From: Bdellovibrionales bacterium | Lineage (GTDB): Bacteria; Bdellovibrionota; Bdellovibrionia; Bdellovibrionales; UBA1609 | Assembly: GCA_965205945.1 (NCBI GenBank) | Contig: CBDBIB010000003.1 | Coordinates: 128,001-192,000, forward strand | Direction: 5' to 3' | Length of the DNA stretch: 64,000 nucleotides | Part shown: piece after piece, positions 28,092 through 38,727 of the stretch | Layout of the letters: the number at the start of each line of letters is the position of its first letter | Position numbering within the stretch: the first letter of the stretch is position 1 | Notes under the pieces: model-generated | What the model was told of the DNA's origin: nothing | The model's input: the letters and a program-made list of their open reading frames with translations, nothing else | Database searches by the model: none | Position numbers and translations under genes: made by a program

Positions 28092-29477
28092 TCATTTTTG
28101 GTTCTTATTTAAATCATGGTCTAATAATCTAAGTTTTTTATAGTTTAAAACCCAATTTTGAGAAAAAGAAATGTGTTCTTTTTTAGTTAGAGAATAGTAT
28201 CTATTATATAAAAAGCAAATAAATTTAAAGGAGTAAGATGAGGCCCACTCTTCTTTACTTTCTATTTTCTTTTTTAAATCTAAAGCATTTAAAAATTGAG
28301 CATTACAACCTTTAATAGAATAAAAAACTTTTCCATAAAAAAGAACTCTCTTCTTAAAAATTAAGGCTAAAACACCAACACCAGAATTAATTAATGCCAC
28401 TACATGGGATATGTTTAAAATTTGATTTATATGAGCATTATTATTTATTAAATAAATATTATTCATATTAATATTTTTACCTTTAAAAGGCCATTTTTTT
28501 TCTAAAGGGTGTTTTTTTATAACTACAAAATAATCTGTATTAAATTTATTTGAAAAATCAAGAATCTCTTTAATAAAAGATTTATACCCCATGGGATTAA
28601 AGTATAAAATAACAGAATCCCATGGCCTTTGAAGGGGGACAAAGACAATTTTTCTCCCGTTGGCTTTCTTAATTATTTCTTTAATAATTTTGTTTGTTTT
28701 TTTTTCTCCGGCTTGTTTTTCTAAAGAAAGTCCTTGTTTTATTTGCTCCATTTTTTCCAAAGCTAAGGATTTTTCTTTATTAGAATACTCTAAGTCCCAG
28801 TACTCTTTGTTATAGTAAGGACTATCAAAATTAAAGCCCTTGTTATCAAGAATAAAGCTGCTAGGTAAAGCCCCTCGCTCAAAGATATAAAAATTCATGC
28901 CAATACTTTGAATTTTATTAAGTAAAACTTTTTTAAAAAAATTTTTATATGGAAGTATAAAAAAAACTCTATGAAGTTTGTTCTTAGATAATTTTTTTTT
29001 TAAGGATGTTTGGGGTAAGAAAAAGAGTTTAGTATATTTTTTAAATAAAATACTATTGTATCTTGCAAAGAGTGCTGAATTATTTATAACAAAGTTTTTA
29101 TCTTCACGATCTAGTATAAGTAGATTCTCTTTAATTCTTAGAAAAGGTGTGTCTTTGTTAAAGTAGGTTTGTTCTTTTATATTATTCATGGAAAGTATTT
29201 GAGGGTAGATACAACCTTTAATCTTTTTTTCCTCAGACAGGATATAATTAAATCTATTAAGGTAATATAATTTCCAAAATACTGATAATTTTTTAAATTC
29301 TTTAGTTTCTAAAATATAGCTATCTAATATAATGTTTTTGAATTTGATCTTGTTAGATAGTTGAATCATATCTTTAAAGCAAGTTACTAGAAATATTTCG
29401 TCGTTTTTTGGAATTAAGATATCTTTAATATTTTTATTTTTAAATGAGTGTTTTTTTTCAAAGATGAATAATTTCAA
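28092..29477 (-). CDS. Capsular polysaccharide biosynthesis/export protein (KpsS/LipB-like)
   Basis: FERGALP, FVPLQ..WDSVI, KKHP, INSGVG motifs; very AT-rich. Confidence 0.7.
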   Translation of the reverse strand: MKLFIFEKKHSFKNKNIKDILIPKNDEIFLVTCFKDMIQLSNKIKFKNIILDSYILETKEFKKLSVFWKLYYLNRFNYILSEEKKIKGCIYPQILSMNNIKEQTYFNKDTPFLRIKENLLILDREDKNFVINNSALFARYNSILFKKYTKLFFLPQTSLKKKLSKNKLHRVFFILPYKNFFKKVLLNKIQSIGMNFYIFERGALPSSFILDNKGFNFDSPYYNKEYWDLEYSNKEKSLALEKMEQIKQGLSLEKQAGEKKTNKIIKEIIKKANGRKIVFVPLQRPWDSVILYFNPMGYKSFIKEILDFSNKFNTDYFVVIKKHPLEKKWPFKGKNINMNNIYLINNNAHINQILNISHVVALINSGVGVLALIFKKRVLFYGKVFYSIKGCNAQFLNALDLKKKIESKEEWASSYSFKFICFLYNRYYSLTKKEHISFSQNWVLNYKKLRLLDHDLNKNQK

Positions 29478-29707
29478 AAATACTCCCTACTTAAAATAAT
29501 ATAATTAAAATAAAAGTTTACATCAACTATAGGTGGTTTAAACCATATGCGCTTGTCCTGTTATAAAGAGGTATTTTTTTGCTAGAACAAAGGAAAGTGG
29601 CCAGCTTGTGGTGACTTGTTTTTTTGTGTGAATTAAACAGGCAGTTGGCGGCTAAGTATAGTGTATAAAGTTTATTTCTAGTAATTATAATACCTTAACC
29701 ACAAAAA

Positions 29708-29794
29708 TGGTGCCTCGGGCCGGACTTGAACCGGCATGGTATTGCTACCGCAGGATTTTAAGTCCTGTGCGTCTACCTATTTCGCCACCAAGGC
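29708..29794 (-). tRNA. tRNA-Leu (anticodon TAA)
   Basis: Reverse complement GCCTTGGTGGCGAAATAGGTAGACGCACAGGACTTAAAATCCTG...GGTTCAAGTCCGGCCCGAGGCACCA; long variable arm, encoded CCA. Confidence 0.97.
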
Positions 29795-29898
29795 ACATAA
29801 ACTTTAGCTATTTTCTCATTAAATAGTGGATATGAAACTATAAAACGTATATAACGCATTATTCTAAAAAAAAGAAAAATCAAAGGAAAATCTAATAA

Positions 29899-30888
29899 AT
29901 GAATAAATCTAAGCTTATTGCCGCAACAATTACCATACTAATTTTGTTTGCTGTTCTTAGAGTTTTTAATTCTGGCTCCACTAAATCACCAACGCAAATA
30001 AAAAAAGAGGCTGGGGAAATTATGAGTGCTGCTTTAAAGGAAGACGGCCCTATGCTCTTAAAAAATTTAAAAACTACAAAAGTAAAATTGATTGATAAAG
30101 AAGATCTTAAGGGAAGTGCTATTTTAAAAAAAGTTAAAAAAAGTGCTAATATGAGTTTATTTTTTTCTAAAAAATCTGATTATGTATATTTTAAAGTTCA
30201 AGACGGTCTGGCTTTAGTTGGAGGGGATATAGTATTAGGGGAAATTAAAGAATGGCCTGAATTAAAAGGTAAGCTGAAAAACTCTTTGTTAAAAGATAAA
30301 CCTCTGGCATCTAAACTATGGAGGAGTTCAGAAATTCCTTTTGGATTTAATAGGGATTTTCCAGAAGATTTAAAGATTAAAGCTTTAGAGGCAATAAAAT
30401 ATTTTAACAAAGAGACAGTTATGGAGTTTGTTCCTATTAATATTGAATTTGATAAAGATGCTATTGTTTTTAAGTTTAGAGAAGGTGTTCCTTGTTCATC
30501 TTATTTAGGGCGAGTTGGTGGGTTTCAACCGATATACTTAAAGTCTTCATGTAGCACTCAGGATGTTATACATGAATTGATGCATGCCTTAGGCTTTGTT
30601 CATGAGCAACAACGAGAAGAGAGAAACCGTTATCTTAAGGTTTTGTGGGAGAATATCGATGAAAAATTTCAATATAATTTTGCAATTTTGCCAGATATAT
30701 TGGTTCATCAATATGAAGGTTTTGTTTTTAATATTAATTTTAACTCAGTTATGATGTATGATGATAAAGCTTTTGCAAAGCAGGGTTTAAAATCACTAGA
30801 ATCAATCATAAAAGATAAAATAGCCCCTATTAACAAGGGTTTATCAGATATTGATAAAGAAAGACTTAGGTTTCTTTATGGCATATAA
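29899..30888 (+). CDS. Astacin-family (M12A) zinc metalloprotease, N-terminally anchored or secreted
   Basis: HELMHALGFVHEQQREER, SVMMY Met-turn, CSSYLGR, GDI pro-region. Confidence 0.92.
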   Translation: MNKSKLIAATITILILFAVLRVFNSGSTKSPTQIKKEAGEIMSAALKEDGPMLLKNLKTTKVKLIDKEDLKGSAILKKVKKSANMSLFFSKKSDYVYFKVQDGLALVGGDIVLGEIKEWPELKGKLKNSLLKDKPLASKLWRSSEIPFGFNRDFPEDLKIKALEAIKYFNKETVMEFVPINIEFDKDAIVFKFREGVPCSSYLGRVGGFQPIYLKSSCSTQDVIHELMHALGFVHEQQREERNRYLKVLWENIDEKFQYNFAILPDILVHQYEGFVFNINFNSVMMYDDKAFAKQGLKSLESIIKDKIAPINKGLSDIDKERLRFLYGI

Positions 30889-30990
30889 GAAGATTTAAAA
30901 ATCTTTGAGTTAAAGGTCTTATTTAAGGGCTCCGATAAAAGCTAGTAAGAGTAAATCTTTTAAAAAGCATCGATTCGGAGTAATTTTTAC

Positions 30991-32421
30991 ATGGTAAACT
31001 TGGTAAAACAAGCTGAGAATAAGAAAAATATAATATTGATTCCATCAATAATTATATCCTTACTTTTTGTTGCAGAAATATTCTTACTTTTTAAGAAAGT
31101 ACCAATTTTAAATATTTCTTTATTAATTGGGGTTTTAGGATTTTTAGGGGTTCTAACTCTTCATTGGTCATATCTTAAATCTTGTAGATACTTAATAAAA
31201 GCAGTAATTAAGAATTTGATTGAAAAAAAACCGCAAAATATTAATGGTTTGATTCTAAGGGACCTTTTAGTAAATAATTTTTCAGAATATTTAAGAAAGT
31301 CACATGTGTTTTTACCCAGAAGGTTTAAAAGTAAGAATGAGCTTTTAAGAATAGAAAAGCTTTCTAGCTGTATAAGTAAATATAAGGCTTATGCAGATTT
31401 AAACTTACTTGAAGAATTTTCAAAGGAAATTCTAATTAAAAACCAGGAATTTAGAGTTTTATTAAAGGAACTGTTCGTAGATATATCACTGTTTTTAATT
31501 CCAATGCTTGTGGTGCAGTTTTCAAGTTTTCAGAATACAGAAGTTTTAATACTAGTACTTTGTGTGATGAGGTTATTTACCTTTGGATTTTATTTTAAAC
31601 TTTTTAAGAAGAGTAGGAATGAAAAATCTAACTTTAAAAAAATTGAGCACTTTCTTTTTGGTAGTTTTGAAGATGAAAAAAGTACAGCTTCTAGGATTGA
31701 GTTGGATATTTTAAATATGGCAGATAGTAAAAGTGTATTTTTCTTGATTGATTCTTCTAGAAGAGGTGAGATTGAAGATTTAATAAGAGAACAAACATTA
31801 GGGAGTGGAAGCTTTAAAGAATGGTCAATTATTTCTGCAGAGAATTCTATTTATAAAAATAAAGTTAAATTAAGCAAAGCGTTTATTCTTTTTCCAAGTG
31901 AAATGTTGTTTCCTTTTGCAGAAATGCAGGAGTTTATTTCAGCTTTTAATAAGGTTATTGTTATAGATTCATCGCCTTCTTATGCTATTTCTCATAGTGA
32001 ATTCTTTTATCTTGATCAAAATCAAGAGATTAAAAAAATACATTTTAGTGAAAATTTTGACAGGCTTTCAGGAGATAAAGGGCTTATTCTTAGAAATTTT
32101 AAAAGGAATAACCTTGATTTATTTTTAACTCAGATTGAGATGAAAATTATTTCTAAAGACACCTTTTTTTTAATATATGCAGATATTCAGGGTAAAACCT
32201 CACATGACAAAAATTTTATTTATCCTTCGGGTTTTAAAATGGTTAGTATGTCAGATACTCTTAAAGGAGTGGATCCAGATTTTAGTTGTGATTTAAGTAA
32301 GGGGAGTCATCTTGAAAAAATGCAAAGAGCTAAAAATTTTGTAGCAAATTACTCTTATCATAATGTTTGCTCTAGGGTTGTAATAGAAAGAAAGCTTAAG
32401 AAATCGTTTAGGGTTTCATAA
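30991..32421 (+). CDS. Hypothetical membrane protein (about 4 TM plus soluble C-terminus)
   Basis: 476-aa ORF with hydrophobic N-terminal segments; no recognised motif. Confidence 0.6.
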   Translation: MVNLVKQAENKKNIILIPSIIISLLFVAEIFLLFKKVPILNISLLIGVLGFLGVLTLHWSYLKSCRYLIKAVIKNLIEKKPQNINGLILRDLLVNNFSEYLRKSHVFLPRRFKSKNELLRIEKLSSCISKYKAYADLNLLEEFSKEILIKNQEFRVLLKELFVDISLFLIPMLVVQFSSFQNTEVLILVLCVMRLFTFGFYFKLFKKSRNEKSNFKKIEHFLFGSFEDEKSTASRIELDILNMADSKSVFFLIDSSRRGEIEDLIREQTLGSGSFKEWSIISAENSIYKNKVKLSKAFILFPSEMLFPFAEMQEFISAFNKVIVIDSSPSYAISHSEFFYLDQNQEIKKIHFSENFDRLSGDKGLILRNFKRNNLDLFLTQIEMKIISKDTFFLIYADIQGKTSHDKNFIYPSGFKMVSMSDTLKGVDPDFSCDLSKGSHLEKMQRAKNFVANYSYHNVCSRVVIERKLKKSFRVS

Positions 32422-32456
32422 AAATTATAAAATCTCTTAGAAGAGATCTTTAATTG

Positions 32457-33704
32457 TTAATTAAAAGTTTTAAAAAAATCTTCTTTAGAGAGGAGTTGTT
32501 GAGAACCAGTGTTAAAATCTTTGACAGTCCAATTTCCTGAGGTTATTTCTTTAGTTCCGATAATAATAACTTTTGTACACCCTGCTTTTTGGCATTTTAA
32601 AAGTTTTTTAGAAAAATTACCCGTTGTAGGAATAAAAGTTGGAACATTTTTTAAGCGAAGTTCATTTGATATTTGGCTTAAAAGTATTTGATTAGAGTCT
32701 TGAAGAACTAAGCCTGTAGGTGAGCTTACTTTAAGCTTCATTTTTGATAACAGCATAAGTCTTTCAAGGCCGGCTCCCCATCCAATAGCAAGGTGATTGC
32801 CGCCACCCATTGAAGCCACAAGGTTATCGTATCTACCTCCTGCAAGAATAGTATTTTGTGCTCCGAGCTCACTTTTACAAGTGATTTCAAAAACAAGATC
32901 ATTATAGTAATCAAGGCCACGAACTAAAAAGGGGTCATGTTTAATAGTAATATTTTCTAAACTACAAAGGTTTATCAAATCAGAAAGTTCTTTTCTGGAT
33001 TTTTCACTAATATAATCTGTGATTTTTGGAGCATTTGCTAAAATATTTTTATCTTGCTCACAGTTATAGTCTAGAATTCTTAAAGGGTTTTGAAGAATTC
33101 TTTTTTGAGAATCTTTAGAGAGTTTGTTTTTTAAAGGCATTAGATATTTAACAAGTTTTTCTTTAAAAACCTTTCGTTCTTCATGTGAACCAATGTTATT
33201 TACTTTGATTTTTAAAGGGGATTGAATTTTAAGCGAATTTACAAAATTCCAGCCCATACTAATCACTTCAAAATGGGTAAAAAGATCTTTAGCCCCGCCA
33301 ATGTATTCGATACCAATTTGGTGAAATTGGCGATGTCTTCCTTTTTGAGGGCGTTCATATCTAAACATAGGGCCGTAGGTGAACATTTTTAAGGGAGCTG
33401 ATCTTTGTAGTTTTTCTGAAATAAAAAGCCTTACAAGGGGGGCTGTGGCTTCAGGGCGTAGTATGAATAGGTTATTATTTCGATCATAAAAAGAATACAT
33501 TTCTTTTGTGATGATGTCTGAGGTGTCGCCTAAAGTTTTAGTGAAAACCTCACTACTTTCAAAAATGGGTGTTTTATAGGTTTTAAACCCGTATATATGG
33601 GCCCATTTTTGAGCTTTTATTAAAATAGCCTCTAAAAGAGCGCAGTCTTTAGGTAGTAAGTCGTGGCAGCCTCGAGGAGCTTGTAATTTAGACATTTTAA
33701 ACAC
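32457..33704 (-). CDS. hisS: Histidyl-tRNA synthetase
   Basis: LRPEATA, FRYERPQKGRHRQFHQ, LVRGLDYY, GGRYD, GLERL. Confidence 0.97.
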   Translation of the reverse strand: MFKMSKLQAPRGCHDLLPKDCALLEAILIKAQKWAHIYGFKTYKTPIFESSEVFTKTLGDTSDIITKEMYSFYDRNNNLFILRPEATAPLVRLFISEKLQRSAPLKMFTYGPMFRYERPQKGRHRQFHQIGIEYIGGAKDLFTHFEVISMGWNFVNSLKIQSPLKIKVNNIGSHEERKVFKEKLVKYLMPLKNKLSKDSQKRILQNPLRILDYNCEQDKNILANAPKITDYISEKSRKELSDLINLCSLENITIKHDPFLVRGLDYYNDLVFEITCKSELGAQNTILAGGRYDNLVASMGGGNHLAIGWGAGLERLMLLSKMKLKVSSPTGLVLQDSNQILLSQISNELRLKNVPTFIPTTGNFSKKLLKCQKAGCTKVIIIGTKEITSGNWTVKDFNTGSQQLLSKEDFFKTFN

Positions 33705-34373
33705 CCTTTTTAGTAAGTTTTTCTAGTATAATTAAAAAATTAAGAATGTCTATTGGTGACCTGTATTCTTAAACGGTCTTTTTCTTAGTATTTAGATTCT
33801 TTAGGACATCTAAGTTTTTTAAAATCCATTAAAAGTTTAATTTTAAACTTGTTAGTTCTTCTAAAATTACTTTTAGTGTTTTTATAAGTCCTGCTCTTTT
33901 AAAATTATTCATAATTTTAACTACTACATTGTAATTATTGATGAAATTGTTTTTATGTGCCTTATAATATCAAATTTTTTTTAAAGACTTTGAGCATGGA
34001 GTGAGTTGTAAAGTCAATAAAAGAGCTTAAAGAGTGTTTAGGTTTAGATATTTGTCTGACATTTACTATGAAATATTTTAAGGAAAAGCAAAAAATTTTA
34101 AGATTAGAAAAAAGAAAAGTTTATTTATATGATAATAGTAAAAAATATCTCTGTAATTTTAACCCTTTAGCTATGGAAGAAATTTATTTGTGATTTTTTT
34201 AAAATTATGAGAGAAAAATATTTTATAGAAAACCCTACCTTTAAGTTAAGGAAGATATATTTTTATTAGAATAGGTCGTTAGGTGTATTAAAACATGGAA
34301 GAGGACTAAGGTTTTAGGGTGCGTTGATAAAATGTATAAATTTGTAAAGGGTTATAGTCGATAAAGAGGTTTT

Positions 34374-35018
34374 GTGGATTTAGAAAGTGTTAAGTATATA
34401 GATATTTCTCCTGAGATCAGTAGTGAGTTGAGTGTTTTTCCGGGGGATAAGAAATTTAAAAGAGATGTGGCTTATGATATGCAAAAGGGTGATCATATGA
34501 CTTTGTCATCAATGGAGACGACTCTTCATATTGGGGCTCATGCAGATGGACCGTGTCATTATCAAAAAGATGGGGAAGGAATAGGGCAAAGGTCTTTAGA
34601 TTATTATATGGGATCTTGTCAGGTAATAGATTTAAGTCGTGCTGTAAGACATGGGGGAGTCGTTATAGTAGAAGATTTTAATAATTTTCTTATAGAAACT
34701 ACAAGAATTTTAATTAAAACGAATACATATAATCATAATGTTTGGAGTTCTGATTTTGTAACTTTATCAAAAATACTTTTAAAGTTTTTAGCTAAGAACG
34801 GGGTTAAACTTGTTGGGATAGATACGCCTTCAATTGATTCTGCTGATTCTAAGGATTTAGATTGTCATCAATTTATAGCCGATAAGAATATGGCTATTTT
34901 AGAAGGTCTTGATTTAGCTTGTGTAGAGCAAGGAAAATATCAACTTATAGCTCTTCCTTTAAAAATTAAGAATGCAGACGCTTCACCTGTAAGAGCCGTG
35001 TTGCTACCATATAATTAA
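34374..35018 (+). CDS. kynB: Kynurenine formamidase / cyclase family
   Basis: HIGAHADGPCH, GIDTPSID, ILEGL, ADASPVRAVL; kynA nearby. Confidence 0.85.
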   Translation: MDLESVKYIDISPEISSELSVFPGDKKFKRDVAYDMQKGDHMTLSSMETTLHIGAHADGPCHYQKDGEGIGQRSLDYYMGSCQVIDLSRAVRHGGVVIVEDFNNFLIETTRILIKTNTYNHNVWSSDFVTLSKILLKFLAKNGVKLVGIDTPSIDSADSKDLDCHQFIADKNMAILEGLDLACVEQGKYQLIALPLKIKNADASPVRAVLLPYN

Positions 35019-35019
35019 A

Positions 35020-35649
35020 ATGAAAAGATTAAATCTAGAATTAAATCATAAGCTTTATGAGAAATTTACATGGCTGTATGAATGGATGTTTAAGCCTTTT
35101 TTTATTGGTGCAATAAAGAAATCTATGAAAACAATTGATAAATTTTCTCCTGAAAACATCGTAGAAGTTGGTGTCGGAACAGGGTACTCGTTAGAGCACT
35201 ATCCTAAGAACACTAATATCATAGGATTAGATATTTCAGATAAAATGGTGCAAGTATCTAGACGGCGTGCGATGAAAATAAAGAACAGGAATATTAAAAT
35301 TTATAATATCAAAAATTTTCCTAAAGGCAGTATAGAAAACTATGCCTCAATGGTAGTTTCATTTTCTGTGATCACAGTTGTTTCAAATCCTCAAAAACAT
35401 ATTAATGATCTAGAGTTGTATTGTAAACCGGGAGGGCACATTATAATAATTATGCACTCTAGAGGAAAGGGTTTAAGTGGGGTGTTTGATAGATTAATGG
35501 ATTTTCCAATAAAACTCCTATTTGGATTTACATTGTTAAGAAATATCTTTGATTACGATTTAGAGAGGTTTGAGGTCATTGATATTTCTCCAGTTAGCTT
35601 TTTTTTATTTTATCCGTATAGTCATTTAATTTTACTTAAAAAGAAATAA
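35020..35649 (+). CDS. Class I SAM methyltransferase, PmtA (phospholipid N-methyltransferase)-like
   Basis: EVGVGTG, GLDIS..M, VITVV.NP, CKPGG. Confidence 0.7.
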   Translation: MKRLNLELNHKLYEKFTWLYEWMFKPFFIGAIKKSMKTIDKFSPENIVEVGVGTGYSLEHYPKNTNIIGLDISDKMVQVSRRRAMKIKNRNIKIYNIKNFPKGSIENYASMVVSFSVITVVSNPQKHINDLELYCKPGGHIIIIMHSRGKGLSGVFDRLMDFPIKLLFGFTLLRNIFDYDLERFEVIDISPVSFFLFYPYSHLILLKKK

Positions 35650-35729
35650 TCGTAGTGAAATAGCCTAAGATTATAACCAAAAAATATTCTTATTTTTAGC
35701 TTTAAGGAAGGGTAAGAGGTATAGGTAAA

Positions 35730-36782
35730 TTATTTTAATTCAGGGGGTTTTAAAAGTTTACTTTCGTCAATAAAATATGTAGTGAGTTTAAAAAAGTCAT
35801 TAAAAATTTTATGATTTCTTGCAGCCGATCTTAGATACTCTTCCCCTGAAGAGCCACCTGTGCCAACTTTATGGCCAAGCATTCGAAGTGCCATTTGTGC
35901 ATGACGGTTTCGCCACTGGGTCATGTTTTCATCTAAATCTATAAGTTGCTCAATAAGTCTGTTAGCAGATTGAAGTTTTAGTTCATGTCGATAAAGCTGG
36001 ATAAATAAAGCAGCTTGAAGAGCTTCAAAAGATAAAGACCAGTCAGTATTTTTTGAAAACTTATCTTTATCCATGAATTGTCTAAAAGATTCTTTTGTCT
36101 CTTGAATACTTTTAAAACTTTTTTGCTTTTCATTTTCTAAAAGAGTAGAGTTATTTTTAATCAACCTTTCTTCTTGAAGAAACATTTTTTCTACGCTAGA
36201 TTGGTATTCAAACCAAAAGTTATATCCTTTAGTTTTTAAGTAAGGTGTTCTTTCAAGCCATGCACCAACGCTTTTTAAAACGCAAGAGTTTGTTTCAGAG
36301 GCTATAACAGCAGGTTTTTCTTCTTCGTTTAAAAACGCATGATAAGGGCAGCCTCCATGAATTTTTCTTTGAGATTTACTAAGCCCAAGTTTGTTTTCTA
36401 AAAGTCTGAATTGAGCAGATTGAAATCCTGATGCAGGGTAGAGGTAGTTTCTAAACTCTAAAAATTCCATTGGAGTCATGGTTTCAAGAATAGTTATTTG
36501 TGAAATAAGAACTTTAAAGATTTCATTTACTCTTCTCATTCTATGAACGGCCTTAGAAAGATTTTGATCACTAATAAGGTCTTTTTTAAAGATTGTTAAA
36601 AAAGAATCAACTTCCCAGAGAATTTGTTTAAACCAAAGTTCATAGGTTTGATGAGTGATTATAAACAGCATTTCTTCATGTGCTGGTTTGTCTTGAAATT
36701 TTGTACTTTCAAGGTGTTGAGAGTTAAGAAGTGATTTTAGTCCTAAGTAATTGCTGTATTCTATAGGTTTTGTATTTTTCAT
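35730..36782 (-). CDS. kynA: Tryptophan 2,3-dioxygenase
   Basis: HEEMLFIITHQTYELWFKQI, PASGFQSAQFR, GTGGSSG. Confidence 0.95.
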   Translation of the reverse strand: MKNTKPIEYSNYLGLKSLLNSQHLESTKFQDKPAHEEMLFIITHQTYELWFKQILWEVDSFLTIFKKDLISDQNLSKAVHRMRRVNEIFKVLISQITILETMTPMEFLEFRNYLYPASGFQSAQFRLLENKLGLSKSQRKIHGGCPYHAFLNEEEKPAVIASETNSCVLKSVGAWLERTPYLKTKGYNFWFEYQSSVEKMFLQEERLIKNNSTLLENEKQKSFKSIQETKESFRQFMDKDKFSKNTDWSLSFEALQAALFIQLYRHELKLQSANRLIEQLIDLDENMTQWRNRHAQMALRMLGHKVGTGGSSGEEYLRSAARNHKIFNDFFKLTTYFIDESKLLKPPELK

Positions 36783-37804
36783 GAAGAGTCCTTATTTGTT
36801 AGATCTGTTAGTTTCTTTACAAAAGTATCGATTTCTTTTTTAGTGGTGTTAAAGTTTGTCATAAGGCGTACCTCAAAGGTGTGTTCATCCCAGACATAAA
36901 AGAACATGATCTTTCTAAGCTCTTTTATATAATTTTTTTTTAAGTTTATAAAAACAGAGTTTGATTCAACAGGATAGTTGGGTTTTAGATTTGTTTTAAG
37001 TTGAATCTGTTCTTTAAGATACTTTGCCATAGAACAAGATTTTTCTGCGATTTTTAAATATAGGTTATCTTTAAAGAATTCAATAAATTGAGCTGCTAAA
37101 AATCTGGTTTTAGAGGGAAGCTGCATAGATTGTTTTCGAATGAATTTAAAATTTTGACAAAGATTTTTTTTGATCAAAACAAGTTCTGAACCCAAAAGAC
37201 CATTTTTTGTTCCCCCAAAACTAACAGCATCAACATCTTTCATGATTTTTTTAAAGGGTATGTTTAATGAAAAAGATGCGTTTGAAAATCTTGCACCATC
37301 AATATGAAGAAATAAATTATTTTTTTTACAAAATAACTTAATATTTTCTAATTCTTTTTTTGAATAACAGGTACCAAGTTCTGTGGGCTGAGTGATGGAA
37401 AGGGCCTTTATTTGGCTATAGTGTTGATCTCCTAAACGGATTATCTTTTTAGCAGCATCTAGAAGACAGATTTTTCCATCATTGTGCTTTGTAAGGATAA
37501 GCTTTGCACCAATTTGAAATTCTGGAGAACCACATTCGTCAAGATTTAGATGAGAAATTTGAGAGCATAAGATTGAATTGTGACTTTGTACTAAGGTCTT
37601 TAAGGATAAAACATTAGCTGCAGTGCCATTAAAACAATGAAACCAGTTCCACTCATCACCAAAAATTTTTTTAATAGTGGAGTCAAGCTCTTTACTCAAA
37701 GAGTCTGCTCCATAAGCGGCTTCATGACCTTTATTTACACGGACAATAGCATTCATGATTTGTGGATGAACTCCTGCGTGGTTATCACTGCCTAGACTTT
37801 TCAT
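36779..37804 (-). CDS. ltaE: Low-specificity L-threonine aldolase
   Basis: SDNHAGVHP, GTAAN, TQPTELG, HIDGAR, FGGTKNG. Confidence 0.9.
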   Translation of the reverse strand: MKSLGSDNHAGVHPQIMNAIVRVNKGHEAAYGADSLSKELDSTIKKIFGDEWNWFHCFNGTAANVLSLKTLVQSHNSILCSQISHLNLDECGSPEFQIGAKLILTKHNDGKICLLDAAKKIIRLGDQHYSQIKALSITQPTELGTCYSKKELENIKLFCKKNNLFLHIDGARFSNASFSLNIPFKKIMKDVDAVSFGGTKNGLLGSELVLIKKNLCQNFKFIRKQSMQLPSKTRFLAAQFIEFFKDNLYLKIAEKSCSMAKYLKEQIQLKTNLKPNYPVESNSVFINLKKNYIKELRKIMFFYVWDEHTFEVRLMTNFNTTKKEIDTFVKKLTDLTNKDSS

Positions 37805-38727
37805 GCTTTTAACTCTAAGAATCTATAAGTGATGAGTGCAGCTAGGCGAGAGGTGAGCTCAGTATGGTCAAGAGGTGGGGAAACTTCATAAATTCCAAGA
37901 AGTTTAACGTTAAAGTTAATAATTAAGTAATTAAACATTTTAAAAAAACTATTTATATCAAAACCTGTGGGCCAAGATTGACTGCAACCAGGTGCAAAAG
38001 CAGATGAAAAACCGTCGATATCAACAGAGATATAACAATCTTTTTTTTCTTTTGGGAGAGAGTTTTTAAAATATGAAAAATTAAAAGAGTGATCAGGGTA
38101 AAGATCATTATAGTGTAGAGTTTTTATGTTTTCTTTAGAATCGGCGAAATCAAATAGATTTTTAGAGTTACACTGTTTTTGAATACCGACCTCATAAAGA
38201 TCAAAGGAGCTGCCAAACTCTTTAAGAAGTCTAAAAAAAGGTGTTCCACTTGAAATGCCCCTGTCTAAATTTCTTAAATCAAAATGTGCATCAAAGTTAA
38301 CAATCAACGGCTTAGGAGAGTTAGAGTTTTTTAAAAAAGCTGAGCCGTCAGCATAGGCATAGTCATGACCTCCTCCAAAAGAGATACAGGTTTTATTGTT
38401 TAAGAGCTCTTTTTCAACCTTTCTTAAAGCATAAATATGCCGTTGTTTAAGGCTTGAGCTTTTAAAAGAAAGGTTTCCAAAATCTTTAATTGATATTTTA
38501 TTTATTTTTTTTGATGGAGTCATTTTGTATAAAGAAGCTCTGATAGAGTCGGGTCCAAGGGCAGCCCCAACTTTTCCTCCATTATTTAAAATCCCTTCAT
38601 CATCAGGGTAGCCAAAAATAGAAAAGTTGTGATCCTCATTTTTTTTAATAAGAGATTGTAAAGTAAGATCATCTTTTAAGTTTTGATTAAAAGAGTAAGG
38701 AATAAATGAGCAACTAGACATGATCAA
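37801..38727 (-). CDS. hutG: Formimidoylglutamase (arginase family)
   Basis: DEG...NGG..GA..GP, GGGHD, DAHFDLR, SSGTPF, APGCS, EVSPPLD. Confidence 0.88.
   Translation of the reverse strand: MIMSSCSFIPYSFNQNLKDDLTLQSLIKKNEDHNFSIFGYPDDEGILNNGGKVGAALGPDSIRASLYKMTPSKKINKISIKDFGNLSFKSSSLKQRHIYALRKVEKELLNNKTCISFGGGHDYAYADGSAFLKNSNSPKPLIVNFDAHFDLRNLDRGISSGTPFFRLLKEFGSSFDLYEVGIQKQCNSKNLFDFADSKENIKTLHYNDLYPDHSFNFSYFKNSLPKEKKDCYISVDIDGFSSAFAPGCSQSWPTGFDINSFFKMFNYLIINFNVKLLGIYEVSPPLDHTELTSRLAALITYRFLELKA

Noticed and set aside
33705..34373. AT-rich spacer as replication origin or hidden gene
   Set aside because: No clustered DnaA boxes or recognisable peptide seen; the TTATCCACA matches I noticed (11004, 18286) are inside genes.
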